IMG/VR virus record: IMGVR_UViG_3300036794_000015
Span: 1 to 26,632 of that record
Source of the DNA: a virus
Taxonomy: Duplodnaviria; Caudoviricetes
Reading direction: 5' to 3' (one strand)
Length of the DNA stretch: 26,632 bases
Below, in pieces: positions 15,614 through 25,559 of this stretch. Within the stretch, counting starts at the first letter, position 1. Each line of letters opens with the position of its first letter. The notes under the pieces were generated by a model. It was not told the origin of the DNA and searched no databases. It saw only the letters and a list, made by a program, of their open reading frames with translations. Position numbers and translations under genes: made by a program.

Positions 15614-15952
15614 ATGTATCCAACTCAAAAATATACTGTTCAATCATTTAAAGATACTCCAGATAGTATAGGAGGTTTTCATAAAACGTGGCAAACTTTC
15701 CTTATTGTGAACGGTTATCTTGATTTGATTTCTGGTACTGATTTAAATAATAAGCAAAATGCCTTTGTAGAAGATTCGACACATTTACTGGTGTTGCCAG
15801 AATTTGTTCCAGGCATCACTAAAGCAATGCGTGTTGTTGATAGTGAAAATCGCTTTTACGATATTACTTATTCTGACGATCCAATGAATTTGCACCATCA
15901 TAATGAAATTTACTTGATGTACGGAGGTGAACTTGATGGCAGTGAAATATGA
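15614..15952 (+). CDS. Head closure protein (SPP1 gp16-like)
   Basis: D.IGG...W, STH, MRV....YDI....DPM...HH.EI.L. Confidence 0.8.
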   Translation: MYPTQKYTVQSFKDTPDSIGGFHKTWQTFLIVNGYLDLISGTDLNNKQNAFVEDSTHLLVLPEFVPGITKAMRVVDSENRFYDITYSDDPMNLHHHNEIYLMYGGELDGSEI

Positions 15953-16373
15953 AAATAATTTTAATAAAGCCATGGATCTTTTAGATGAAAATGTAGAAGC
16001 GGTTTTGATTGCATCAAGTGAAATTGTACGTTCACAAGCCAAAGCTAATGTGACTGCTGCAGGTCGTGTTGACACTAGTAAGTTATGGGATGACATTGAT
16101 TATAAGCTAAGAAAAGAGGGTCGAGCTGTTGGGGACATGGTTTCTGACGTTGGCTCACCAGATAATCATGCTATTTACAATGAGCTTGGAACTGGTGAAT
16201 TTGCGGATAATGGAGCAGGTCGAAAAGGTGGATGGTATTATCCTGGAAGTGACGGTAAAATGCACTTTACAAAGGGTTTGAAACCTATCCACTTTATGCG
16301 TAATGCTTTTAGAAGTACCAAGAGTGAAGTTCAGTCTGTAATGAAATCTGGACTTGGAAAGGGGCTTGAATGA
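15936..16373 (+). CDS. HK97 gp10-like tail completion protein
   Basis: GGAGGTG RBS before ATG 15936; VDT..L...I, AIYNELGTG, T.G..P..FMR.A. Confidence 0.85.
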   Translation: MAVKYENNFNKAMDLLDENVEAVLIASSEIVRSQAKANVTAAGRVDTSKLWDDIDYKLRKEGRAVGDMVSDVGSPDNHAIYNELGTGEFADNGAGRKGGWYYPGSDGKMHFTKGLKPIHFMRNAFRSTKSEVQSVMKSGLGKGLE

Positions 16374-16738
16374 TTGAATTAATGCAAACTTTGCAGGCTA
16401 TGTTTCAAGAAGTAACGAAAGAAAGTTATTTAGAATGGAATAATGCTAAAGAAGTCAAGTACCCTTATCTTACTTACTCGATTGATATTGAAGAAATAAG
16501 CCGTCATACAGACGGTTTTTATCTTGATATTGATTTATTTGATAACAACTCTAGTTTTATCAATTTATATGAACTAGAAGAATTGGTCCGTAAAAAATTT
16601 GATTATGAAATTAAGTTTACAGATGGACTCTTCTTACGGTCATATTTTCAACGTTCAAATAAAGTTCCTACTTTAGATGACAACATAAAAAGAAGAAGCT
16701 TGCAGATATACTGCAAAGTAGATTGGAGAAATAAATGA
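16370..16738 (+). CDS. Tail terminator protein
   Basis: YPYLTY, LDIDLFD motifs; directly before the major tail gene. Confidence 0.75.
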   Translation: MIELMQTLQAMFQEVTKESYLEWNNAKEVKYPYLTYSIDIEEISRHTDGFYLDIDLFDNNSSFINLYELEELVRKKFDYEIKFTDGLFLRSYFQRSNKVPTLDDNIKRRSLQIYCKVDWRNK

Positions 16739-17583
16739 CATTACCTAATTCTGGTTATACAAAAACATCATCAGAAAATTTCATGATTAATGCGGGAACA
16801 ATCGCTATTAATGTGAAATGGGATGAACAATCAAAATCATTTACAGGTACACCGCTCGGGGCAACAACAGACGGTACAAAGGTAAATATTGAACAGAAAT
16901 ATCGAAAAATTGCTGTTGATGGAACAACACACATGGATGTTCAAGGGCTATGGGTACTTGATGAAGCCCATGCAACAGTAGGCGCTAAGCTTAAAGAGTT
17001 AACAGCTTCTAATATGGCTTTGGGCCTTAATGGGACAGCTAAAGCATCCGAAGAATATGACGGTTATACAGAAATCGAGTCTAAACGTTACCTTTCTGAA
17101 GGAGATTATATCGAAAATATGGCAGTTATTGGTAAGTTGACAGGTAGCGACAAACCTATCATTATTTTGCTTGATAATGTGCTTACAACATCAGCTTTTG
17201 CATTAGAAACAAAAGATGGTGATGAAGCAGCCATTGATTACGAAGGAACAGCAAATGCTTCCTTTGAACAACTTCAAAATGACCAGTTCCCTTGGAAGAT
17301 TCTTTATCCAACGGATGATGAAATTGTTTCAGTCACTGGAGTTACTATGTCACAAAAGACAGCTTCAATGAAAGTTGGAGATACTAAACAAGTAACTGGA
17401 ACAGTAGCACCATCAAATGCCACAAATAAAGCAGTCAGTTATTCATCGGCAGACGTAGCGATTGCTACAGTGGAATCTGATGGAACAATCACAGCAGTGG
17501 CAGAAGGCGCCACAGATGTCACAGTAACAACAGTTGATGGAGCATTTACTGACAAAGTAACTGTGACAGTAGCAGCAGTTTAA
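16735..17583 (+). CDS. Major tail protein with C-terminal Ig-like (Big_2) domain
   Basis: LGAT.DG..., PWKILYP end of the tube domain, then VTGVT.....MKVG.T.....TVAPSNATNKAV.YSS.D..IATV..DG.ITAV..G. Confidence 0.92.
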   Translation: MTLPNSGYTKTSSENFMINAGTIAINVKWDEQSKSFTGTPLGATTDGTKVNIEQKYRKIAVDGTTHMDVQGLWVLDEAHATVGAKLKELTASNMALGLNGTAKASEEYDGYTEIESKRYLSEGDYIENMAVIGKLTGSDKPIIILLDNVLTTSAFALETKDGDEAAIDYEGTANASFEQLQNDQFPWKILYPTDDEIVSVTGVTMSQKTASMKVGDTKQVTGTVAPSNATNKAVSYSSADVAIATVESDGTITAVAEGATDVTVTTVDGAFTDKVTVTVAAV

Positions 17584-17606
17584 AAAATAGAAATTGAGGA
17601 TTAAAA

Positions 17607-17960
17607 ATGACAGAAAAACTTGAAATGCGTGAACTATGCGGGGATGACTTATTTACTCTTCTTGATATTTTTGCAAAACTCGAAATTCAAGATGATATTG
17701 TAGAAATGTTTAAAGGAGTAGAAACAGATGACATGTCAGTTATTGAAGCACGTGGTATGGCTTTGATGACTACTCTTATTTCTAAGCTACTTAAAAATGT
17801 TTCTGTGGTGAAAGTTGAATTGAACTCATTCCTAGGTGAATTGACGGGAAATACAGCAGAAGAAATCGGACAGCTTGGCCTTGCCACATATGCAAAATTA
17901 GTCAAGGACTTTGCGACTAAACCAGAGTTGAAAGATTTTTTCCAATCATTGTCATCATAA
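17607..17960 (+). CDS. Tail assembly chaperone (gpG equivalent)
   Basis: GAGG RBS; between major tail and tape measure genes; slippery T TTT TTC at the 3' end. Confidence 0.85.
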   Translation: MTEKLEMRELCGDDLFTLLDIFAKLEIQDDIVEMFKGVETDDMSVIEARGMALMTTLISKLLKNVSVVKVELNSFLGELTGNTAEEIGQLGLATYAKLVKDFATKPELKDFFQSLSS

Positions 17961-18262
17961 AAAATATTGATGACGGAGAACATCAGCTAAAAGATCTCCT
18001 TTTCAAAAGATATAGCAATCCATTGCAAGTCTTGGCGACTTATTCGCTCGGACGGGCAGTGGATTTTATTTTGTACCTATATGAAAAGGAAAACGAGGAG
18101 ACTCTTTGGGAAACTTGGTTATCTAAAGATATCCAAAAAGATTTCAAAGAGTTCAAGCAGGAACATACACGGCCACTGCGAGTGAAACCAGTAGAGTTGA
18201 TAAGCGAAGAAAGAGAACGTGAAAACTTAGAATTTGCTTCTCAATTTATCAAATTTGATTAG
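17936..18262 (+). CDS. -1 frameshift extension of the chaperone (gpT part of a gpGT fusion 17607-18262)
   Basis: The -1 frame is open from 17936 (FFPIIVIIKNIDDGEHQLKDLLFKRYSNPLQVL...) into the 18023-18262 ORF, which lacks a clear RBS. Confidence 0.8.
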   Translation, partial: FFPIIVIIKNIDDGEHQLKDLLFKRYSNPLQVLATYSLGRAVDFILYLYEKENEETLWETWLSKDIQKDFKEFKQEHTRPLRVKPVELISEERERENLEFASQFIKFD

Positions 18263-18274
18263 AAGGGAGAAAAA

Positions 18275-21200
18275 ATGGAAATATTTAGCTTATTTGGCTC
18301 TATTGGAATTAAAGGTGCAAGTGAAGTCAAAGCAAAATTACAAGAAACAAGTAAAGAAGCAGACAAAACAGCAAAAGATTTCGATAAGTCCACAAATGAT
18401 TCAAGCAAAAGTTCATCAAGTTTTCTTTCTAAAATAGGTTCTGGTTTTACTGGAGCAGGCAATGCCATTGGTGGATTTGTAACAAGTTCGGGACAAAAGA
18501 TGATTTCTTTTGGAAAGAATATGCAAAGCAATGGGAAGGCCATGAAAGACTTCGGGAATATTGCTCAGCCAGCATTTAAATTAGCTGCTTTGGGTGTTGC
18601 TGCGGTTGGTGGTGCTATTCTGACTGGGGTTAAACGTTTTGATACTTTGAATAATGCTGCACGTTCATTTGAAAACATGGGTGTAGCAAAAGGTGTTATT
18701 ACAAAGGAAATGAATAACCTTAAGGGTGCAATTGAAGGATTGCCAACACCTTTGGATGATGCGGTAAGCAGTACTCAAATGCTTACTTCTACAATGAATG
18801 GTGACATGCCTCAGTCTGTTAAAGTTTATAAAGCTTTGAATGACGGAATCCTTGGATTTGGTGGATCAGCAGAGAATGTAAAAACTGCTGTTGTTCAACT
18901 TTCTCAAGGTTTTGCGAATAACAAAGTTGGTGGTCAAGAATGGCTTTCCATGATGAATAATGGACTTGGACCAGCTTTGAATGCAATGGCCAAGAACATG
19001 GGGATGACCACTGGGGAACTGAAAGACGGTCTGTCTGAAGGAAGAATTAGTGTAGAAGAATTCCAAAACCAACTTATTCGTTTAGATAACGAAGGCGGCG
19101 GGGGAATGAAATCCCTTAGTAAAATCGCTGCAGACAGTACAAAAGGTATTGGGACCAGTTTTGCCAACTTGAAAACAAGTGTTGCAAAGTTTGGCGCTGA
19201 AATTTTAGCAGGTCTTGGAGATCGTCCTCAAAAAGCTATTGAAGCAGTACGTGACAAGGTTGCCGACTTAGCTGCTAAAGCTAAACCAGCGACTGAGCAA
19301 GTTGTTCAGGTATTGGACAGGGTTTGGCCAGTTATTCAAAAAATAATTGAAGCAATGAAGCCATTCGCACCAGTTGGAGCGGTTTTAGTTGCCTTTATGG
19401 GTTCGCTAGTTATTGTTGGTGGAGCTTTTGAGAGATTTGGGAGGATTGCCACAGGAGTCGGAACACTTTTGTCTAGTTCCTTCAAGATGGTTAATGGTGT
19501 ATTTAAGTTGACTTTGGGTGGCTGGGCCACAATTATAATGGCTCTCGTTTCTGTGTTCACCTATTTCTATACCACAAATAAAACTTTTAGAGACACTGTC
19601 AACAAGATAGGTACTTCCCTTTTAAATCTAGGCAAGCAAGTACTAGATAAACTACAGCCTGCATTTGAAAAAGTTGGGGAAGTCGTTAACACTCTAAAAG
19701 GAGTATTCTCAGAGGTCAAAACCGCCATTGGTAGTTTCTTTGATGGTTTATTTAGTGGCGCGGGAAATGTAGATAAAGATAACCCGATTACAAAATTTGT
19801 CAATGCAGTTAAAGATGTTGCTCTCCCTTATTTAAAAGATGCAATAGCATTTATAAAAAGTATTATTTCCCAGATAGTCGTTTTTTGGAAAGGAAACGGA
19901 AATGACATCATGCAAGCAGTAACAACAGTGTTTGATTACATTGTTGGAGCTATAAAAAATGCGATGGATTTTATCTGGCCAATTGTACAGACGGCTTTCA
20001 ACCTCATTATGAAGATTGTCAGCACCTCAATGCCACAAGTCTTACAAGTTATTTCTGCTGTCTGGAACCAAATTAAAAATGTTATTCAAACATCTTTAAA
20101 TATCATCATGGGTATTATTAAGATTGTTACTGGTCTAATCAATGGGAACTGGTCCAAAGTATGGGAAGGTGTAAAACAAGTTGTCAAAGCAGCTTGGGAT
20201 TACATCATTAACACAATTAAAAATGTGCTTTCTATCCTAACGGCTTATGTGACGATTGGCTTCAATGCCATTAAGATAGTTATTCAAGAAGTATGGGATG
20301 CGATTAGTAAGAAAATTGCGGAAGTATTAAACCCAATCAAAGAAAAGATTGTCAGTGTATTCAACTCAATCAAAGAGACAACGAAAAACGTTTGGGACAG
20401 TATCTATAATGCTATTAAAAATGCGGTAGATAATATCGTTACATTTTTTAATACTGCGTGGAACGGGCTACAAGATGTAGTAAGAACAGTCTTTGAGGGA
20501 ATCAGGAATGTTATTCAAACAGTCTTTGTTCCAGTAGCTAATGTTGTTAAATCAGTAATTGATACTATTGTTTCTATTTTCAAATTGTTTGGGGCTCTTG
20601 TCTTATCGGTATTAGCGATCGTCTTTGTAACAATTGCAAATACCGTAATGAGTGGATTAAAAATAGTAATTGATCTCTTTAATCAAGCCGTTGATGGATG
20701 GGTGGCAATTTTTAATAAAGTGAAAGACTTCATTGTTCCACCGATAACTGCAGCTTTTAATAAAATTAAAAGTGTTGTTGATAATGCAATGTTTGGGATC
20801 AAGACAGTATTTATAAATACCTGGCAAGCAATTGTGAACTTTATTCAGCCTATCCTAATAGCGATATCTAGTGTTATTTCAAGTATTTTTAATTCAATAA
20901 AAAATACTACGGTCAATATCTGGAATGCAGTTAAACAAGTGATAACCAACGCGGTTAATGGTATAAAAAACACAGTAAGCAGTGTATTTAGTACTGTACA
21001 AACTATTGCCACCAATATTTGGAATGCGATAAAAGACACAATTACTAAGGCGATTAATGCCGCGAAAACCACCGTAACTAATGTTGTTAATGCGATAAAA
21101 AATACAGTTTCTAGTGTGTTTAATTCGGTAAAAGCTTCGGCAACTAATGTTTGGAATGGCATTAGATCAACTATTTCGAATAGTATTAATGCTGCAAAAA

Positions 21201-21739
21201 ATGCTGTTTCAAGTGCAATTAATGCGATTAAAGGGTTCTTCAGTGGTCTATCTTTGAAATTCCCTAATCTGGATACTTCAATGTTTACTAGGGCAAAAGA
21301 TGCTATTAAGGGTGTTGTTGATACAATCAAGGGATTCTTTAGCAACTTACGCTTGGATATTCCGAAACCTAAATTCCCACACGTTAGTGTAAATGGAGGT
21401 AAAGCTCCATTTGGTATTGGTGGTAAAGGTTCACTTCCATCATTTGATGTTCAGTGGTATGCCAAAGGCGGGATCATGGAGAATGCAACAGCTTTCGGTG
21501 TAAATGGGAACAATCTCATGGTCGGTGGTGAAGCAGGAAGAGAAGCTATCTTGCCATTGAATAGGGAAACGCTCGGACAGATTGGGGATCAGATTGTGGC
21601 TTCAACATCAAGTATGGGCTCTGGTGAATTGGTGTTCAATCAGTATAACTATAGCCCCGAGAACCTAACACCTCGCGAGTCAGCACGTATGGCCCGTAAA
21701 GCAGGTAAAGACATGGTTCAACTTTTGAGAAGAAAGTAG
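18275..21739 (+). CDS. Tape measure protein
   Basis: 1154 aa; tape-measure N-terminal domain, TM segments, 11-residue-periodic W/F repeats, WYAKGG and GGEAGREAILPL near the C-terminus. Confidence 0.96.
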   Translation: MEIFSLFGSIGIKGASEVKAKLQETSKEADKTAKDFDKSTNDSSKSSSSFLSKIGSGFTGAGNAIGGFVTSSGQKMISFGKNMQSNGKAMKDFGNIAQPAFKLAALGVAAVGGAILTGVKRFDTLNNAARSFENMGVAKGVITKEMNNLKGAIEGLPTPLDDAVSSTQMLTSTMNGDMPQSVKVYKALNDGILGFGGSAENVKTAVVQLSQGFANNKVGGQEWLSMMNNGLGPALNAMAKNMGMTTGELKDGLSEGRISVEEFQNQLIRLDNEGGGGMKSLSKIAADSTKGIGTSFANLKTSVAKFGAEILAGLGDRPQKAIEAVRDKVADLAAKAKPATEQVVQVLDRVWPVIQKIIEAMKPFAPVGAVLVAFMGSLVIVGGAFERFGRIATGVGTLLSSSFKMVNGVFKLTLGGWATIIMALVSVFTYFYTTNKTFRDTVNKIGTSLLNLGKQVLDKLQPAFEKVGEVVNTLKGVFSEVKTAIGSFFDGLFSGAGNVDKDNPITKFVNAVKDVALPYLKDAIAFIKSIISQIVVFWKGNGNDIMQAVTTVFDYIVGAIKNAMDFIWPIVQTAFNLIMKIVSTSMPQVLQVISAVWNQIKNVIQTSLNIIMGIIKIVTGLINGNWSKVWEGVKQVVKAAWDYIINTIKNVLSILTAYVTIGFNAIKIVIQEVWDAISKKIAEVLNPIKEKIVSVFNSIKETTKNVWDSIYNAIKNAVDNIVTFFNTAWNGLQDVVRTVFEGIRNVIQTVFVPVANVVKSVIDTIVSIFKLFGALVLSVLAIVFVTIANTVMSGLKIVIDLFNQAVDGWVAIFNKVKDFIVPPITAAFNKIKSVVDNAMFGIKTVFINTWQAIVNFIQPILIAISSVISSIFNSIKNTTVNIWNAVKQVITNAVNGIKNTVSSVFSTVQTIATNIWNAIKDTITKAINAAKTTVTNVVNAIKNTVSSVFNSVKASATNVWNGIRSTISNSINAAKNAVSSAINAIKGFFSGLSLKFPNLDTSMFTRAKDAIKGVVDTIKGFFSNLRLDIPKPKFPHVSVNGGKAPFGIGGKGSLPSFDVQWYAKGGIMENATAFGVNGNNLMVGGEAGREAILPLNRETLGQIGDQIVASTSSMGSGELVFNQYNYSPENLTPRESARMARKAGKDMVQLLRRK

Positions 21740-21746
21740 GTTAAAC

Positions 21747-22616
21747 GTGCAAATAATTTATAGAAATATAGAAGGTGGAGAAGTTGTATTTGGACAACAA
21801 CCGCCTTTTTTCATTACGAGTAAAAAAGGATTTGGCGCTGTTGAAAACGAAATAACGACTCAAAAACAATATGGTCTAGATGGTGAATTTTTAGTACACC
21901 AACGATCAACAAGCCGAAATTTGGAAGTTGATGGAGAAATTCAAACGCATGATTCGGCTGATATGCTTGAAAGACGTATTCAACTCAATGCCGTGCTCAA
22001 TCCAAAGTTAGCTGGAACATTACTGTATCAAAACAATGAACGTACTTTTGAAATCGATGTGCTTGTTCTTCATGCTCCAATTTTGGATGAACCTAGCAGC
22101 AATCTTTCTCAAAAATTCTCATTAGAATTTAAAGCGATTGATCCGTATTGGATGGATAAAAGTGAGCAAGATCGATTAATTCACTTATCATCTGTTAGTC
22201 CTAAGTTTAAATTTCCGCTGCAAATCATTAAGAATTTTATTTTTAGTGGTATTTCTTCAGGGGATATTACTGAAATTGAAAATAAAGGTGATGTAGTTGT
22301 AGGGATGACTATTGAATTAAAAATCAGCGGTACAGTAACTAATCCTAAAGTACTGAATGTCATCACTCAAGAATATTTTGGCTTTTCTGGAACATATCAA
22401 GCGGGGACAGTGTTAAGCATTGTTACTACTCGAGGGAAAAAAGAAGTGACTAAAACGATAAATGATGCAGTATCCAATGCAATGAGTGAACGAATGAAAG
22501 ATAGTTCTTTTTTACAATTGCAAAAAGGGAGCAACTTTTTTATGGTTCAAGCAGATGTAGGTGCTGAAAACATGGTTGGATCAGTTTCATTTAGTCCGTT
22601 GATTGTGGGGGTTTGA
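21747..22616 (+). CDS. Distal tail protein (Dit)
   Basis: Follows TMP; LNPK, F.A.DPYW, N.GDV, L.KG.N motifs. Confidence 0.85.
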   Translation: MQIIYRNIEGGEVVFGQQPPFFITSKKGFGAVENEITTQKQYGLDGEFLVHQRSTSRNLEVDGEIQTHDSADMLERRIQLNAVLNPKLAGTLLYQNNERTFEIDVLVLHAPILDEPSSNLSQKFSLEFKAIDPYWMDKSEQDRLIHLSSVSPKFKFPLQIIKNFIFSGISSGDITEIENKGDVVVGMTIELKISGTVTNPKVLNVITQEYFGFSGTYQAGTVLSIVTTRGKKEVTKTINDAVSNAMSERMKDSSFLQLQKGSNFFMVQADVGAENMVGSVSFSPLIVGV

Positions 22617-22617
22617 T

Positions 22618-23733
22618 ATGTTTATTGAAGTTTTTCAACGTATTAGCGGTTTTCTTTATAAGTCAGTTGCGATATTGGATGGATGGAACTCTTTGACCAT
22701 AGAAGAAAATTACTATTCTTGTGATACATTTGAACTTACAATTGCTTTAAACAAAGATAATATTCAGAATTTCCAGCCAGAAAATGTTTTTTTCTTCGAT
22801 AATGTTTACTATTATGTAGATGAAATTTCTTCTACAGATTCAAGCAGTACAGCGCTTGTGGTCCGTGGTAGAAGTTTAGCGGGTAAATTTGAGAGCCGGA
22901 TCATTGACCGAATTTATACAGCAAGTAAAAGTCCAGCTTTGATAGTTTATGATCACTTCAATCAAGAAATGATAGCGCCAGGGAACTACTCAGATAGTAC
23001 GGGTAATTTTAATGGAGCAACTCGAAAAATTGATTATTTAATTTTGAGTGCTACAGACGGATTAGGACTGGACAAGATTGATTACCAAACGAGTTATCAA
23101 GAAGTTCAGTCACAAGTTGAAGTATTATGCCAAACATATGATTTTGGATTTAGGGAGATTGCAGTAGATGATATTAGTCCTAAAAATAAGATAACCATTT
23201 ATAAGGGGCGTGATCTTTCCGGTGTTATTGAAATCTCAGACGACTTTGATAATTTGATTAATGTGACATATGAACATGCGACTTATGATGAAAAAACCAC
23301 CGCTTACGGCTTTGGTGAGGGTGAAGGAGCTAATCGGGTTAAGGTTGTAGTTAATCCAAATAAATCCGGATTAGAGCGTAAAGAACTCTATGTAGATGCC
23401 AGGGATTTGCAAAGTGTTGATCCAGATACTGAAAAGCCTATTCCTGCAGCTACATATAAGAATATGCTTATTGATCGCTCAAAACAGAAGCTGGCAGAGC
23501 GTTTAGCAATCTTAACCATGAATGGTGAGATAGAGCTAAATTCAAAACTCTTTAAATTTAAAGAAGATTTTGATGTGGGAGATCGTATCAAAATAAAAAG
23601 TAACTTATATCAATTTGCGAAAATCGTGACAATTGTCAAAGCTAAAAAAACATATGATGCTACAGGTTATTATGTAGAGCTAGTTTTTGATAAAGAAGTT
23701 CCAACGGTTTTCGATATTATAGGAAGGAATTAA
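22618..23733 (+). CDS. Baseplate hub / Tal-like protein (ReqiPepy6 Gp37-like); ORF track start 22603
   Basis: GEGEG.NR, GLERKELYVDARDL, DFDVGDRI motifs; follows Dit. Confidence 0.82.
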   Translation: MFIEVFQRISGFLYKSVAILDGWNSLTIEENYYSCDTFELTIALNKDNIQNFQPENVFFFDNVYYYVDEISSTDSSSTALVVRGRSLAGKFESRIIDRIYTASKSPALIVYDHFNQEMIAPGNYSDSTGNFNGATRKIDYLILSATDGLGLDKIDYQTSYQEVQSQVEVLCQTYDFGFREIAVDDISPKNKITIYKGRDLSGVIEISDDFDNLINVTYEHATYDEKTTAYGFGEGEGANRVKVVVNPNKSGLERKELYVDARDLQSVDPDTEKPIPAATYKNMLIDRSKQKLAERLAILTMNGEIELNSKLFKFKEDFDVGDRIKIKSNLYQFAKIVTIVKAKKTYDATGYYVELVFDKEVPTVFDIIGRN

Positions 23734-23737
23734 AAAC

Positions 23738-24997
23738 ATGGAATGGAGTTTTCCTTTTGCGGACGTTGATGGCGACCGCATGTATAGCGATACGGACTTT
23801 GCGGAGTTCTATAGCCATCTGTTTACGAATGGTATATTCATGACTATTGGGAGCGGTTTGAAAATCCGGGAGTCTGCTTCACTTGGTATGCGTGTTCGGG
23901 TAGGTTCTGGGGCACTAGTTATTGATGGGCGACATTATTTGAACACTGAAGAAAGTGAAATGCAAATCCCGGTAGCAAGTGCTTTGCAAGACCGTGTAGA
24001 TAGTATAGTCGTCAAGCTAGATTTATCTAATCGCACAATGCAAATAGCTTATAAGCAATCTGATACAACAGTTGTTCGTACAGACACAATTTATGAAATG
24101 AAAATTGCAAATATTGCAGTAGCCAGAAATACAACGCAGATTATTAATGCAAATATTACAGATACTCGTGGAGATAGTAAAGTTTGCGGTTATTCTTCAC
24201 CTTATCAAAAAGTAGATGTTGGTAATCTATTGGATCAATTCGAATCTGAATTAAGTCAAAATAAAAATGTTTTTGAAGCATGGTTTCAAAATTTGAAAGA
24301 CCAACTGGACGATAACCAAGCAACAAATCTCCAAAATCAGATTGATGCTATAAATGGTGTCATTGTTCAGAAGGATATCCCTGGAGGAGCAAATCTTGAT
24401 GAATATAAAGCAGAAGGGGAGTTCTCAAAGAAAACGCCAACGGTTATTACTGGAGCACCAGAAGGTGTGACTGGTGCTTTTCGTTTGTCTGTTAGAACAA
24501 TGTTAGGATCAAGTGGGATTTTTCAAACGCTTTATGATTATGCGACACGGTCGATGTACTATCGTATTGGAAATACAACATTAGGATTTAACCTTCCTTG
24601 GAAAAAAGTTGCAACCACAGATGATATCAACAAGCTAACTGCTGGAGATACCGAGGGATTTATACGATTAACTATGGCCAGTGGATTCACAGCCAATCAG
24701 GCTGAATATTGTATCAAAAATGGCTGGATTTTCATTACTGTTCAAGGCGCTAGACCAAATTCTACGGTTACTGGTCAAAGTTACTATACTTTCTTAACAT
24801 TGCCAGCGGAAATTACTGCTCATCTCACTCATAATGAGGGATTCATGTGGAGTAACTTCCAAGGTGGTGGCACAACGTACTCAGGCGGTATCCTAACCAA
24901 TGGGCAAGTTCAATTATATCTATCACCTAATAGTAACTCTCTTGCAAGTAACCATAGATTTAGTTTTAACATGGTGATACCACTAAGAACAACTTAA
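23738..24997 (+). CDS. Baseplate / receptor-binding protein
   Basis: N-terminal DR.Y...DFA.F..LFTNG attachment domain, coiled coil, knob-like NLDEY...G.F segment, beta-rich C-terminal head; last structural gene. Confidence 0.78.
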   Translation: MEWSFPFADVDGDRMYSDTDFAEFYSHLFTNGIFMTIGSGLKIRESASLGMRVRVGSGALVIDGRHYLNTEESEMQIPVASALQDRVDSIVVKLDLSNRTMQIAYKQSDTTVVRTDTIYEMKIANIAVARNTTQIINANITDTRGDSKVCGYSSPYQKVDVGNLLDQFESELSQNKNVFEAWFQNLKDQLDDNQATNLQNQIDAINGVIVQKDIPGGANLDEYKAEGEFSKKTPTVITGAPEGVTGAFRLSVRTMLGSSGIFQTLYDYATRSMYYRIGNTTLGFNLPWKKVATTDDINKLTAGDTEGFIRLTMASGFTANQAEYCIKNGWIFITVQGARPNSTVTGQSYYTFLTLPAEITAHLTHNEGFMWSNFQGGGTTYSGGILTNGQVQLYLSPNSNSLASNHRFSFNMVIPLRTT

Positions 24998-25023
24998 TAT
25001 GAAAAGAAGGAGAAAATAAAAAA

Positions 25024-25326
25024 TTGGAAGAAATGCTCAGACATACTTGGATATTATTCATGGATGTCTTAGAAAATTGGCCAGCACTGGTTATTGTGTC
25101 ATTGATTTTGAGTTGGCTCTATCGTAGATTTACGAAACAGCAACAGTGTCAGCTTAAAGATATTCAAATGCACATCAAACGTATTGAATTATTGCAAGCT
25201 ATTAACCATGATTATGGTTTACAAGTAGTAGGTGGTATCTTTGATGAATATGAAGCTCTTGGGGGAAACCACTATGCTCACGATCAATTTGAACAATATA
25301 AAAAAAGGAAAATGGAGGGAAAATAA
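25024..25326 (+). CDS. Small membrane protein of the lysis cassette (holin-associated)
   Basis: AAGGAG RBS; one TM; Y.ALGGN.Y motif; TAATG coupling to the holin. Confidence 0.7.
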   Translation: MEEMLRHTWILFMDVLENWPALVIVSLILSWLYRRFTKQQQCQLKDIQMHIKRIELLQAINHDYGLQVVGGIFDEYEALGGNHYAHDQFEQYKKRKMEGK

Positions 25327-25559
25327 TGTTTACTAACAAAACATTTTGGAAAGACACTGCAGAACGTGCAATAAAGACCTGTGCACAGTCATTGGTAGCT
25401 GTGGGATTGTCTGGAGCTACTGGGGTACTTGATGTAGATTGGAAGAACGCAGTGAGTGTGGCATTATTAGCAACACTTGTTTCAGTGCTGACATCAGTAG
25501 GAAGTGGCTATGTTGGTGATGATACAGCAAGTGCTATCAATCTGAACAAGGAGGAGTAA
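25326..25559 (+). CDS. Holin (r1t-type)
   Basis: FWKD..ERAIKT.AQ...two TMs...VSVLTS; directly before the lysin. Confidence 0.9.
   Translation: MFTNKTFWKDTAERAIKTCAQSLVAVGLSGATGVLDVDWKNAVSVALLATLVSVLTSVGSGYVGDDTASAINLNKEE

Noticed and set aside
18866-21345. Several minus-strand ORFs (up to 166 aa) within the tape measure gene
   Set aside because: Typical antisense shadows of a repetitive, codon-biased gene; no motifs
20000-21360. TMP repeats as a DGR or shufflon substrate
   Set aside because: Protein-level 11-residue periodicity is normal for TMPs; no reverse transcriptase or invertase in the window
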